Positions 9,893 to 20,077 of a stretch of DNA of 64,000 nucleotides are shown one piece after another (the first letter of the stretch is position 1; each line of letters begins with the position of its first letter). Origin of the DNA: a bacterium (GTDB taxonomy: Bacteria; Patescibacteriota; UBA1384; 2-12-FULL-50-11); NCBI GenBank assembly GCA_021463485.1, contig JAJTYJ010000003.1, positions 23,292-87,291 on the forward strand, in the 5' to 3' direction. The notes below the pieces were generated by a model. The model saw only the letters and a program-made list of their open reading frames with translations, ran no database searches and was not told the DNA's origin. The position numbers and the translations under genes were made by a program.

Positions 9893-12800
9893 ATGAGGAG
9901 GGTGGCAACGGCTATTTCTAAGTCCTGGGCTCGAATTATCCGTGCGCTGGCGTACTATCCGCTCGGTTTTTACCTAGGCTTGTTACTAATTGTCGCAGCC
10001 GCGTTTCTATACTGGGCGCAAACAGATCTGGGTTGGAAATTTGATTGGGTACAGTTACAGCGGTGGATTTCAAACCACGCCATGGCGATACTAGCCTTGT
10101 TTACAGGCTTGCTCGGTTTAGTGCTAATCGGAAGTGCGATCGCGTATAAACAGGTAATTGACCTATCGAAACAGGAGTACGTACTATGGCTCCATCAACG
10201 AGCGACGAAAGTACTTTTCCCGGTTTTTTCTCCGCTGCACGACTGGATCCGTTTGCGCAGCCGAATATATCATTGGTGGCACGCTCAATCGTTCTCAAAC
10301 GTTACGCACTATTTCTTGCTTATTATCGCAATCGGTGGATTAGCAAAAACCACTGTTAACTACATTAGTTCAGCTCAAGCGTCGCACGGCTGTTCGGATG
10401 CGGTAACGATTACTGTTAATACAACCTGGTCAACGAACCAATGCCACGGTGATGTCGTGATTCGAAACGGCGCAACCTTAACAATTAACGGCGGCATAAC
10501 AGCCGATTTGAGTAGCCTAAGCGTCGGTAGCGACTCGCCGGCAGAGAACGGATTTATTGTCGCTAAAGGGGACACATTAAACAATCTGGGGGTCGTGTTA
10601 AATGTTGATGGAGCTGTTTACGTCCGAGCTAGTAGCTCAATTAATGCCGACGCTCAGGGTTACCTTGGTGGTCGGTCCGGTGACGTAAACGGTAAGGGCC
10701 CTGGCGGTGCAACGACAGACGGGACAAGTACCGCAGGGGGTGGTGGATACGGAGGCGCAGGCAGCAATGGTTCTGGTTCAAATGCCGGAGGAAGCTCCTA
10801 CGGCACTCTAGCTGCCCCAGTTGATCTAGGATCTGGTGGTGGATTTGCTACAGGCTGTTGTAGTAATAACGGTGGCGATGGTGGTGGTGCTATTAAGATT
10901 AATGCACCCTCGAGCACGGTCACGTTAAACGGAACAATATCTGCAAATGGTGGAGCAGGTGGCAGCGGATGTTGCGCTTATGCTGGTGGTGGATCAGGCG
11001 GAAGTATCTGGGTTGTTGCTAACACTCTGGCCGGGTCCGGGGAGGTTAGAGCCCACGGCGGTGCTGGTGGCTCTGGTGGAGCTGGTGAAAGTAATAACGG
11101 CGGAGCAGGGGCGGGTGGACGTGTTCAACTGACATTCTCCTCTGACATATCAACGATCACTAAGTTGGCATATGACGGGGGTAACAACGGTGCTAACCGT
11201 CGCGGTGCTGCAGGAACTGTTTCAACTAGCAGTGAGTTGATTATTGCAAACAACGCTTCGCCAACAATTCTGCCAACCGTGGCTACTCCGCTCTCTGGTT
11301 CATTGAGTTACGCAAACACAACTATAAAAGATAATGCTTACGTTACATTGGCGTCGGGTGCAAATCTTTCTGGCGGTACAACCCTAATCCAAAATAATAC
11401 TAAAACAACGTTACTTGCGAGTAATACAGTTTGGTCTGGGGGCTCTCTAACGGTTCAAACCGGTGCGAATACAATTAATATACCTAAAGACGTGTCTACA
11501 GAACCAAATTTTTCCTCGATTAATATTGGTACAGGAACGCTACAACACGACTCTCATACAAGTACCCACACCTATTCGTTAATTTTAAGCACTTCGGGTT
11601 CTGTCACCATCACGGGTACGATCAATGTAGACGATAAGGGATATGCCGGAGGGACTTCAGGCTCCGCGGATGGTAAGGGGCCGGGAGGTGGTTTAGACGG
11701 AGCTTCTAATGATGCTCCTGGAGCAGGTCACGGTGGAACCGGCGGTAACGGGGCAACAGTTAACGGCGGTGCAAGCTACGGTAATTTATCTTCACCGACA
11801 GATCTTGGCTCTGGTGGGGGTGGGACTTCCTCAAGCTCGTTTAATAATGGCGGTAATGGCGGTGGAGCGGTAAAGATTACTGCGTCATCCGGTACCGTGA
11901 CGGTCAACGGAACGATTACTGCTAACGGTTCTACTGGGTTCTCCGCATGTTGTAACTACGCTGGCGGCGGCTCTGGTGGAAGTATCTGGATTATCGCTAA
12001 CACACTTGCTGGCTCTGGCACGGTCAGAGCCAACGGCGGTGCTGGTGGTTCTGGTGGAGCTGGTGAGAGCAATAACGGCGGCGCTGGTGCAGGTGGAAGA
12101 ATACAGCTCACATATAGTAGTGATACCTCGAGTATCACTAAACTGGCCTTTGATGGAGGCAATAATGGGGCAAATCGTCGCGGTGCCGCGGGAACTGTTT
12201 CAACTAGTAGTGGCTTAACCGTCGCTAACAGCACATTGGTAACAGTAATGCCCGTTGTTTCGACACCAATAAGTGGGACGCATAACTACCCAGCTACAAG
12301 TATTAAGGATTATGTCTACGTGACACTTGCAGCTGGTGCTAATCTTTCCGGTGGAACAACCACAATCGAGAATAACACCCGCACAACCCTACTTGGGGAT
12401 GATACTGTTTGGACTGGTGGGGCGCTCACAGTTCAAACCGGTACTAATACGATAAATGTTAAGCCAACTATTAGCACTAAACCTCTTTTTTCAAGTATCA
12501 ACTTTAGTAGCGGGAACGTATACCACGATGATCATACAACCGCAGATAACTACCATATTATTCTTAGTGCTACCGGCAATATTACGGTTGGAACTACCAT
12601 TAATCTAACTGGTTTAGGATTCTCTGGGGGAGCAGCAAACAGCACAGGTAACGGTACGGGCCCAGGGGTTGGAGGTGTTACTATACATGCCGGTGGTGCC
12701 CACGGTGGGAATGGTGGAACAGGTGCAAGTAGCGGCGGCGCTGGTGGTACTGCCTATGGATCAACGCTTACTCCTATAACACTTGGCTCGGGGGGCGGTG

Positions 12801-15601
12801 GCGCTGAAGGAATTAATGGTGGTGATGGCGGTGGGGGAAGGATCGCGAGACACTATACCAGTTCCACATACTCGGGTACTGTCTCCGTAGTCAAGGGTTC
12901 TGGTTCGTGTGCTGCAGGTCAAAATGGTACTAATCAGACAGTCGGTGCAGTGACGGACCTAATAGTGACTGGGATCTCTACCCCGCGAACGGCTGGCATC
13001 ACGAGCTCGGTTGTAGTCGAGGCGCGTGACGCGTCTAATAACCGCAATTACGCGTATACAAAAGCTATCACATTTACTTCAACCGACTCCCAGGCGACGT
13101 TGCCGGGAAATTACACGTTTACGATTGCCGATGCGGGACTTGCAACAATCCCTGGAGTCATTCTTAAAACCGCCGGCACACAAACGGTGACAGCTGACCA
13201 AACCGATGATGGGACTGTCGACGGAACACACGCCAACATAACCGTAAATGCAGGTAGCGTTACGAATTTAGTCGTCAGCGGTGTAACTGATCCTGTGACC
13301 GCTGGCACATCTACAAGCCCAACTGTTACTGCTAAAGACGCATATACAAATACCGTTAGCGGGTATACCGGCACCGTCACGTTTACATCAAGTGACTCGC
13401 AGGCGACGTTGCCAGTCAATTACACATTTGTTGGCGGCGATGCCGGTGTGAAAACGTTTACCAACGGAGTCGTCTTAAAAACAACTGGCGTGCATTCAAT
13501 TACTGCCAGCGACGGTACGATCAGTGGAACAATCCAGAACATCAATGTAACTGCCGGACAACCGACGAAGCTAAAAATTAGCAATATTACTTCACCGATC
13601 GCAGCTAATACCCCTGCTTCCCCGACAGTAGCGGTTCAAGACCAGTACAACAACACAGCAACTGGTTACACCGGAACTATTACCTTTAGCTCAAGCGACG
13701 CCGCTGCAACGCTACCGAGTAATTACGCGTTTTCAGTGAGCGATCAGGGTGTTCGAACATTTACGAACGGTGTAACCTTTGCGACTGGTGGGACACATTC
13801 ACTAATTGCAACGGACGTTAGCTCGCCAACGATCAATGGTACGTTATCAAGCATCGTCGTAACGGCTGCACCAAGCCCCGGTAGTACAAGCCAACCGTCG
13901 TTAACGATTGTGCTAATCCAGCCGTCGGAAGGTACCTTCTTTGGAACGATCACACAACAAGTAAACGGATTACCATTAGAAATTACCGTAACTGGGACCG
14001 TGAAAGGCAACCAAATAAACGGCACCGTCTCGGGTACTTACAACGAGCAGCCAGTAACTGGAACGATCACCGGTACAGTTAAAGGACAAAAAATTGAGTC
14101 GGCGATACTAACGCTCTTCAACGCGAACGACCCAGGATTTAACCTTACGGTCGTAGTTGGTGGGGTAATTAGTCCGCCAGATAGTCCTAAACAAGAACCC
14201 GACTGTAAGCTTCGTGGTACGCTCGAGCTGACAATCGACGGTAAAAAGTTTAGTGGCGAGGTCCAGTTAACAATTAGCCCAGATGGTAGCGTCACGGGGA
14301 GAGCAAAAGGATTTCTAGACAACGATCGGGTATTTGGTACGTTCAGCGCCAGCTCGGTTGAGGGTAGGCTGATCGGTGGAACAGTTACGTTAACAAGTAA
14401 TAATAACAACTCACCGATCACCGGCGAGATAATCGGTAGCGTTCGAGATGGTGAAATACAGTTAACCAATGCCGAACACTGCAATATATCTACTGATGTT
14501 TTAATTGATACCGATGAAGACGGCGACGCTGATGGCGAGGGTACGGGCAACGTCGAGATCGACGAACCGGTTTCATCGAGTGATGTTATAAACGGTTCGA
14601 TCATCGGAACTGTCGAGGGACAAACAGCTAACGAAGATGTAATCGTTAACGGATTATTTGAAGCGCTAGTCTCAGATGTTGTGATTAAACCGACAGAGCT
14701 AAAATTTGAGACAAACGAACAGAACGACTTAATCTCTGGCGCGCTGGCAGTGGTGAGCGGTTTGTCTGTTCTACCAATCCTGCCTGCTGTCCAGAGTATC
14801 CTTCTGACATCTTCAACTCGGGGTTTCACTTTCATTCATTGGTTCTTCTTTGGCTATACGCCTCGCAAACGACGCAAGTTCTGGGGAGTTATTAAAGATA
14901 AAACAACCGGCGTTCCAGTTGCAGGAGTACTTGTTAAGCTAGTAGACGTTCATAATGATCGGGTAATAAACCAGTACCGAACTGATAAGACGGGTCGTTA
15001 CGGTTTCTTAGTGGAAACGGTGGGGGACTACCGAATAACAATTATTGATCCGTTGTATGCTGCCTTTAGTAGTAAAGAATTCTCAGTCGATAGCTTGAAA
15101 CAACCGATAGTAACCGGGGATATTCAGCTAACTCCAGTTCACCAGAGACAGCTGCAACTTCTAAATAAGACGTTTGTCTGGGTTGCGGCGATAAAAGTTC
15201 TTAATATCATCCACTGGTCGTTGCTGATTGGAGGAACAATCCTTTCGGTTATGCTTGTTGCTGATCATCCGACGACGTTAAGAACCTTAATTGCGTCGCT
15301 GTATTCGGTACTGTGGTTGTCGAAATTACTCGGATATCGTCGAGAACGGCATTACGGACAAGTAACGGATACAGACGGCGCACCACTTGCTCGTGCAGTC
15401 GTACAGCTAACAAACCAATCCGGTGAAACAACAGCACATATTCACTCGACAGTTACCGACGCTAAAGGTCGATTTGTCCTATTGGTAAAGCCCGGAGTTT
15501 ATACTGTTATTGTTGCCAAAGACGGGTATAAGACTCGACAAGGCGCTGTTATTGCTGACGAGGCGAATATGACTATTCGTCTCGAACGAGTAGATTCTTA
15601 A
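9893..15601 (+). CDS. Giant (1902 aa) membrane-anchored surface protein with Gly-rich/beta repeats, Ig-like repeats and carboxypeptidase-regulatory-like domains
   Basis: N-terminal TMs; repeated GGGSGGSIW / DLGSGGG; three FTSSDxxATLPxNY Ig-like units; C-terminal TMs and TDKTGRY/TDAKGRF modules. Confidence 0.8.
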   Translation: MRRVATAISKSWARIIRALAYYPLGFYLGLLLIVAAAFLYWAQTDLGWKFDWVQLQRWISNHAMAILALFTGLLGLVLIGSAIAYKQVIDLSKQEYVLWLHQRATKVLFPVFSPLHDWIRLRSRIYHWWHAQSFSNVTHYFLLIIAIGGLAKTTVNYISSAQASHGCSDAVTITVNTTWSTNQCHGDVVIRNGATLTINGGITADLSSLSVGSDSPAENGFIVAKGDTLNNLGVVLNVDGAVYVRASSSINADAQGYLGGRSGDVNGKGPGGATTDGTSTAGGGGYGGAGSNGSGSNAGGSSYGTLAAPVDLGSGGGFATGCCSNNGGDGGGAIKINAPSSTVTLNGTISANGGAGGSGCCAYAGGGSGGSIWVVANTLAGSGEVRAHGGAGGSGGAGESNNGGAGAGGRVQLTFSSDISTITKLAYDGGNNGANRRGAAGTVSTSSELIIANNASPTILPTVATPLSGSLSYANTTIKDNAYVTLASGANLSGGTTLIQNNTKTTLLASNTVWSGGSLTVQTGANTINIPKDVSTEPNFSSINIGTGTLQHDSHTSTHTYSLILSTSGSVTITGTINVDDKGYAGGTSGSADGKGPGGGLDGASNDAPGAGHGGTGGNGATVNGGASYGNLSSPTDLGSGGGGTSSSSFNNGGNGGGAVKITASSGTVTVNGTITANGSTGFSACCNYAGGGSGGSIWIIANTLAGSGTVRANGGAGGSGGAGESNNGGAGAGGRIQLTYSSDTSSITKLAFDGGNNGANRRGAAGTVSTSSGLTVANSTLVTVMPVVSTPISGTHNYPATSIKDYVYVTLAAGANLSGGTTTIENNTRTTLLGDDTVWTGGALTVQTGTNTINVKPTISTKPLFSSINFSSGNVYHDDHTTADNYHIILSATGNITVGTTINLTGLGFSGGAANSTGNGTGPGVGGVTIHAGGAHGGNGGTGASSGGAGGTAYGSTLTPITLGSGGGGAEGINGGDGGGGRIARHYTSSTYSGTVSVVKGSGSCAAGQNGTNQTVGAVTDLIVTGISTPRTAGITSSVVVEARDASNNRNYAYTKAITFTSTDSQATLPGNYTFTIADAGLATIPGVILKTAGTQTVTADQTDDGTVDGTHANITVNAGSVTNLVVSGVTDPVTAGTSTSPTVTAKDAYTNTVSGYTGTVTFTSSDSQATLPVNYTFVGGDAGVKTFTNGVVLKTTGVHSITASDGTISGTIQNINVTAGQPTKLKISNITSPIAANTPASPTVAVQDQYNNTATGYTGTITFSSSDAAATLPSNYAFSVSDQGVRTFTNGVTFATGGTHSLIATDVSSPTINGTLSSIVVTAAPSPGSTSQPSLTIVLIQPSEGTFFGTITQQVNGLPLEITVTGTVKGNQINGTVSGTYNEQPVTGTITGTVKGQKIESAILTLFNANDPGFNLTVVVGGVISPPDSPKQEPDCKLRGTLELTIDGKKFSGEVQLTISPDGSVTGRAKGFLDNDRVFGTFSASSVEGRLIGGTVTLTSNNNNSPITGEIIGSVRDGEIQLTNAEHCNISTDVLIDTDEDGDADGEGTGNVEIDEPVSSSDVINGSIIGTVEGQTANEDVIVNGLFEALVSDVVIKPTELKFETNEQNDLISGALAVVSGLSVLPILPAVQSILLTSSTRGFTFIHWFFFGYTPRKRRKFWGVIKDKTTGVPVAGVLVKLVDVHNDRVINQYRTDKTGRYGFLVETVGDYRITIIDPLYAAFSSKEFSVDSLKQPIVTGDIQLTPVHQRQLQLLNKTFVWVAAIKVLNIIHWSLLIGGTILSVMLVADHPTTLRTLIASLYSVLWLSKLLGYRRERHYGQVTDTDGAPLARAVVQLTNQSGETTAHIHSTVTDAKGRFVLLVKPGVYTVIVAKDGYKTRQGAVIADEANMTIRLERVDS
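10620..12640 (+). repeat. Intragenic tandem duplication, period 978 nt (326 aa); boundaries approximate
   Basis: GGCGGTGCTGGTGG at 11057 and 12035; GGAACTGTTTCAACTAG at 11213 and 12191. Confidence 0.8.
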
Positions 15602-16746
15602 GCTAGTATCGAGACGATTTTTTCGGCGAGTTTTTCTAACTCTTGATTAGTAATACCTTTGGTTGTGATCGCACAGGTGCCGATCCTGATCCCACTTGGG
15701 TCTTGCGGCGGAGCGTCGTCGTACGGGATTGAGTTCTTGTTAACGATAATACCGTTATCTTCTAGACGTTGCTGAGCGACTGCGCCCGTTATTCCTTGTG
15801 GCCTTAAATCAATAAGAAAGAGGTGATTATCTGTGCCACCGGTCACAATATTCATACCTTTTTTTGTAAGTAATTCAGCCAGCATCTGGGCGTTAGCAAC
15901 CACCTGCTGACAATAGGCTTTATAGGATGGTAACAGCGCTTCTTCTAACGCAACACCGATCGCGGCGATGGCGTTCATATGCGGTCCGCCTTGTAATCCA
16001 GGGAAGACCGCTTTGTCAATTTTTTTCGCGTGCTCAGGTTTACAAAAGAGCATCGCGCCGCGCGGACCGCGAAGTATTTTATGCGTCGTCGTCATTACAA
16101 AATCTGCATAACCAAACGGCGACTGATGTAATTCGGTCGCTATTAGGCCAGAAATATGGGAGATATCGGCTAAGTGGAGCGCACCGACAGTATGAGCAAT
16201 TTCGGAGATGCGTTTAAAGTCGATCTCTCGCGAGTAGGCGGAAGCGCCGGAAATAATCAGTTTTGGCCTTACTTCATTAGCTTCACTCTCGAGCTGATCG
16301 TAGTCGAGCAGCCCAGTCTTTTCGTTAACAAAATAAGCGTAACGGTCGTAGAGCTTGCCCGAAATCGTAACTGGATGACCGTGTGTTAAATGACCGCCGT
16401 GCGAGAGCTCCAGTCCCATAATCGGATCATGTGGCTGGAGAAATCCAAAGTAAACCGCCAAATTCGCTATCGAACCCGAGTAAGGCTGAACATTGACGTG
16501 GTAATCAGTATTAAAAACTTCTTGGGCTAATTCTTTAACGCGGTTTTCAATCTTATCGACAATCTCAACACCGCCGTAATATCGCCAGCCAGGCTGCCCT
16601 TCGGCGTATTTATTAGTCAAATCTGAGCCAAGCACTGCCTTTACTTCATCGGAAACAAAGTTTTCAGAGGCGATCAAATTGATAACCGAATTTTGGCGTC
16701 GTGACTCTTCGGCGGTAAGCTCTGAGATAGTTGGTTTGTGACTCAT
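15598..16746 (-). CDS. glyA: Serine hydroxymethyltransferase
   Basis: LIASEN, NKYAEG, TTTHKILRGPRG. Confidence 0.97.
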   Translation of the reverse strand: MSHKPTISELTAEESRRQNSVINLIASENFVSDEVKAVLGSDLTNKYAEGQPGWRYYGGVEIVDKIENRVKELAQEVFNTDYHVNVQPYSGSIANLAVYFGFLQPHDPIMGLELSHGGHLTHGHPVTISGKLYDRYAYFVNEKTGLLDYDQLESEANEVRPKLIISGASAYSREIDFKRISEIAHTVGALHLADISHISGLIATELHQSPFGYADFVMTTTHKILRGPRGAMLFCKPEHAKKIDKAVFPGLQGGPHMNAIAAIGVALEEALLPSYKAYCQQVVANAQMLAELLTKKGMNIVTGGTDNHLFLIDLRPQGITGAVAQQRLEDNGIIVNKNSIPYDDAPPQDPSGIRIGTCAITTKGITNQELEKLAEKIVSILA

Positions 16747-16796
16747 TGCTGGTATTCTATCAGGAAATCTGAGAATTTTCAGGTAGAATAAGAGCG

Positions 16797-17231
16797 ATGA
16801 AGGCAGTGCATCGCAATAAAAAAGCCACCTTCGATTACGAAATACTCGACCGGCTTGAGGCAGGAATAGTTTTACTCGGCCCAGAAATTAAGGCAATTCG
16901 CGAAGGAAGAGCAACGATCGCTGGAAGCTATGTTAAACCGCTGTTGACTAACGGCATGGTTGAGATGTGGTGGGTCGGGAGCAACTTTCACGTTACTAGC
17001 GGAGATCCAACAAGAACAAAAAAACTATTACTACATAAAACAGAGATTAAAAAACTATTAGGTAAATTAAGCGCTGGCGAGTATACGATCGTACCGATCG
17101 ACCTTCATCTCGTTCGTGGTAAGGCAAAACTTACGATCGGGCTAGCAAGCAGACGAAAAAAGTACGACAAACGACAGAAGATTAAAGAGCGGGATATCGA
17201 GAAGAACCTTCGAGAGCGTTTTCGGGATTAG
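16797..17231 (+). CDS. smpB: SsrA-binding protein
   Basis: NKKATFDY, EAGIVLLGPEIK, KLLLHK, KKYDKR. Confidence 0.93.
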   Translation: MKAVHRNKKATFDYEILDRLEAGIVLLGPEIKAIREGRATIAGSYVKPLLTNGMVEMWWVGSNFHVTSGDPTRTKKLLLHKTEIKKLLGKLSAGEYTIVPIDLHLVRGKAKLTIGLASRRKKYDKRQKIKERDIEKNLRERFRD

Positions 17232-18082
17232 TTATCTTGCACCGGTTCAGAGCTCGATGAGTTTGTCTCGCCCTGTTGGTTTGATCGTAAATTATTATCG
17301 GCTTTCAACTCGTCAGCAATCTTAGCTAGCTCGGTTTTAAAGTTAGATAATGATGTTCGAGCAGCTTTTAGCTGAGCCTTGGCGCTGGTAAGTAGATCTT
17401 TGTTGGTAGTAGAACTTGGGTTAGAAAGAACCTTCTTATATGTGTCGATTGCTGCCATTAGTGAGCTCTCGGCGCTGGCTAATTCCTTCTCTAAGACGGT
17501 GGTGTCAACTTGCTTCTCTTTCAATTTAAGAATTAATGGATCAAATCGATCATTAATTCGGTCTAAAATTTTACCAGCCCGACATAAACCGCTAATCGCG
17601 GGGTTGATATACATAAAGACCCTAGTTTTTTCGATCGCTGACTTTAGTTCTGTCCTTGCTGATTCGGCGCTTTCAGCCGCTTTAATTTTTGCGAGCGCTG
17701 CGTTAAGGTCGTTTCTTAGCGTTGTGATTGCGGCAGTGATTGGCGTTTTAACGTCAACAGAAGTAACTTTCGAGCAGTTGGCGCCTGAGAGTCGTCGCTC
17801 CTGCTCTGTGAGCACTTTTAATCTAACGTTAATTTGTTTTTCGGCGTAGGTAACCGTTCTCGTTTTTAGCGCTTCGGCTCGCTCAATACTACGCGCTTCT
17901 TTATACGCGCTACGCTCGAGCTTCATTGCTTCCAGATCAGTTTTAAATTTAGCTCTCACAGAGTCGCTTGTGGTCGTTGTCTGGTTTGTGCCTTGAGATT
18001 CTTGCGCAAAAACCAGCGGCGACGCCAGTAACATAACGATGAGCGCGATCACGGCGATAATAATTAATATTCGTTTCATCAC
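17228..18082 (-). CDS. Secreted coiled-coil hypothetical protein
   Basis: Signal peptide ending VFA; helical heptads. Confidence 0.65.
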   Translation of the reverse strand: MMKRILIIIAVIALIVMLLASPLVFAQESQGTNQTTTTSDSVRAKFKTDLEAMKLERSAYKEARSIERAEALKTRTVTYAEKQINVRLKVLTEQERRLSGANCSKVTSVDVKTPITAAITTLRNDLNAALAKIKAAESAESARTELKSAIEKTRVFMYINPAISGLCRAGKILDRINDRFDPLILKLKEKQVDTTVLEKELASAESSLMAAIDTYKKVLSNPSSTTNKDLLTSAKAQLKAARTSLSNFKTELAKIADELKADNNLRSNQQGETNSSSSEPVQDN

Positions 18083-18381
18083 AAATCGCTCGTATCGTCC
18101 TCGGTTGAAGCCAGACTTTCGTCGATCTCAGCCAACTCTTGGTCTAGTTCGTTACCCAGCGCTGTTAGGTCTGTTTCAGACTGACTAATATCTGTATTAA
18201 TATCGCTTTCGGTTGTCGATTGCTCGGTTGAGACACCGTCGTTAGAGCTGTCGGTACTACCGTCTCGATAATACATAAAGGCAACAGCAGCAAAAATCGC
18301 ACCAACTACTAACAAACCCAGAAGCCAAAAAACAAGTTTACTCATTGGCTTTTCTTCCTGAAGTACCGGCTCAGTGTCCAT
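18079..18381 (-). CDS. Small membrane protein with acidic tail
   Basis: One TM plus a D/E/S/T-rich tail; TTGACA-16-TACCAT at 18415-18388. Confidence 0.6.
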   Translation of the reverse strand: MDTEPVLQEEKPMSKLVFWLLGLLVVGAIFAAVAFMYYRDGSTDSSNDGVSTEQSTTESDINTDISQSETDLTALGNELDQELAEIDESLASTEDDTSDL

Positions 18382-18418
18382 ACGTTCATGGTACTGAGCC
18401 GGTGGGCACTGTCAAGTG

Positions 18419-18778
18419 TTACTGGATTTTCTCGAGTTTCCAGCTAATTGTGTCGGTAGATTTCGTCTGGTAGTCGGCTGCGCCAACCTGAGCCAGCTCG
18501 CCGTTGACGTAAAATGCCCAAAATTCATCACTACCGGCTTTCCGGCCGTTGATCGACAGAACCATCTGGCCAAAGTCGAATTTCTGTGTCTCAATTTCGT
18601 AACTAGCGTCAAGTAGCTCTAACGCATTTTTGCCGTCAACGCCCTTGTAGCTAATTTCTGTGGTCTGTTCTTGACCAACCGGAGTTGCGGTATCGCTTGA
18701 TCTTGGAATCACCAAGTACAAACCAAATGCTAATATAATCGCCATCGCGGCGTAGAGTAGTGTTCGTTGTTGTTTCAT
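18419..18778 (-). CDS. DUF4430 (transcobalamin C-terminal-like) protein, probable cobalamin binder
   Basis: N-terminal TM; GQMVLSING..FWAFYVNG..VGAADY..DTISW; upstream B12 riboswitch. Confidence 0.8.
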   Translation of the reverse strand: MKQQRTLLYAAMAIILAFGLYLVIPRSSDTATPVGQEQTTEISYKGVDGKNALELLDASYEIETQKFDFGQMVLSINGRKAGSDEFWAFYVNGELAQVGAADYQTKSTDTISWKLEKIQ

Positions 18779-18789
18779 CGAACTCCTTT

Positions 18790-18928
18790 CAAATAAAATC
18801 CCTCGCGAGCAGTAACGAGGGTTACTATGTTCTGCTCGGAACTTTGAGTGAAGTTTTGTTAGGATCGGGCTTTAACCGTTGCGGCACAGCAGCCAAATTT
18901 CATGGCTTTCACTAACAAGACTTTTATA
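18790..18928 (-). promoter_or_regulatory. Class-II (AdoCbl-variant) cobalamin riboswitch with terminator/antiterminator
   Basis: Minus strand TAAAAG..TTGTTAG-TGAAAGCCATGAAATTTGGCTGCTGTGCCGCAACGGTTAAAGCCCGATC-CTAACAA; downstream CCCTCG/CGAGGG plus U-rich tract with an alternative GAGCAG pairing. Confidence 0.8.
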
Positions 18929-18945
18929 GTCAAAGAACTTCTCTA

Positions 18946-18974
18946 GGTATACTGTTCGACCTCCTACCTGTCAA
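18946..18974 (-). promoter_or_regulatory. Sigma70 promoter for the riboswitch leader
   Basis: TTGACA-N17-TATACC. Confidence 0.7.
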
Positions 18975-19003
18975 GCAGGCATTTTTACGGGTAAAATACT
19001 CAT

Positions 19004-20077
19004 ATGAGTCTTGAGATAGGTATTGTTGGGTTACCAAACGTTGGAAAGTCCTCATTATTTAACGCACTAACTAAAGCCGGCGCCCAAGCTTCAAACTTTC
19101 CGTTTACAACAATCGAACCGAACGTTGGGATCGTTGAAGTTCCTGATGAGCGATTAGATTTTTTAGTCGAAACGTTCTTATCGGCAAAGCGCGTTCCAGC
19201 AACGATAAAATTTGTTGATATTGCCGGACTTGTGAAGGGTGCCTCAAAGGGTGAAGGTCTCGGTAATCAATTTTTAAGTAATATCCGAACCTGCGACGCT
19301 ATTGCCGAAGTCGTACGGTGCTTTGAAGATCCGCAAATTATTCACGTTGCTGGCAAGGTGGATCCGGACGACGATATCACAACTATTAACACCGAATTAC
19401 TGCTTTCCGATATCGAGCAAGCTGAAAAGGCTAAAAGATCTCTTGAGGAACGAGCGAAAAGACAAGATAAGGAGGCGCAAAAACTATTGCACCAAATAGA
19501 AAAAGCAATAGCGCTCCTAACAGCCGAACGTCCATTGCGAGTAGAGCCCGAGCTATGCCAAGAGTTAGTCTCTTATAACTTTCTAACAGCTAAACCACTA
19601 CTCTATATCGCAAACGTCGGTGAGAACGCGGAGCAAGATCGGGTGCAAAAAGTTCGTCAACACGCCGACAAAGAAAGCGCAAAACTAGTTGTAATCTCAG
19701 TTAAAAGCGAATTAGAAATTATTGAAATGTCGCCTGAAGAGCAAGAAGAGTTTAGGCGAGAATTGGGTTTAACTTCAGGATTAAACGAAGTAATTAAAGC
19801 CGGGTACGCGTTACTAAATCTTGAAACCTTCTTTACCGCCGGTCCGAAAGAGGCTCACGCGTGGACTATTACCAAAGGTATGAAAGCGCCGCAGGCAGCG
19901 GGTAAAATTCATACTGATTTTGAGAAGGGGTTTATTCGAGCGCAAGTATATAACGTGACGGATTTACAAGAACTAAAATCAGAAGCGGCTATCAAACAGG
20001 CTGGCAAGCTCCGGAGCGAAGGCAAGGAATACACCGTCAAGGATGGTGATGTAATAGAATTTCTCTTCAACGTTTAA
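19004..20077 (+). CDS. ychF: Redox-regulated ATPase YchF
   Basis: GLPNVGKS, DIAGLV, GEGLGNQFL, TGS C-terminus. Confidence 0.96.
   Translation: MSLEIGIVGLPNVGKSSLFNALTKAGAQASNFPFTTIEPNVGIVEVPDERLDFLVETFLSAKRVPATIKFVDIAGLVKGASKGEGLGNQFLSNIRTCDAIAEVVRCFEDPQIIHVAGKVDPDDDITTINTELLLSDIEQAEKAKRSLEERAKRQDKEAQKLLHQIEKAIALLTAERPLRVEPELCQELVSYNFLTAKPLLYIANVGENAEQDRVQKVRQHADKESAKLVVISVKSELEIIEMSPEEQEEFRRELGLTSGLNEVIKAGYALLNLETFFTAGPKEAHAWTITKGMKAPQAAGKIHTDFEKGFIRAQVYNVTDLQELKSEAAIKQAGKLRSEGKEYTVKDGDVIEFLFNV

Noticed and set aside
10620-12640. Diversity-generating retroelement TR/VR pair
   Set aside because: Both copies are in frame in one gene, differences are mostly synonymous and not adenine-specific, and there is no reverse transcriptase.
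11956-14835. Antisense ORFs in the giant gene (e.g. 14038-14835, 265 aa)
   Set aside because: Shadow frames caused by Gly/Thr/Ser codon bias; no motifs.
17379-17849. 156-aa plus-strand ORF
   Set aside because: Antisense shadow of the coiled-coil gene.
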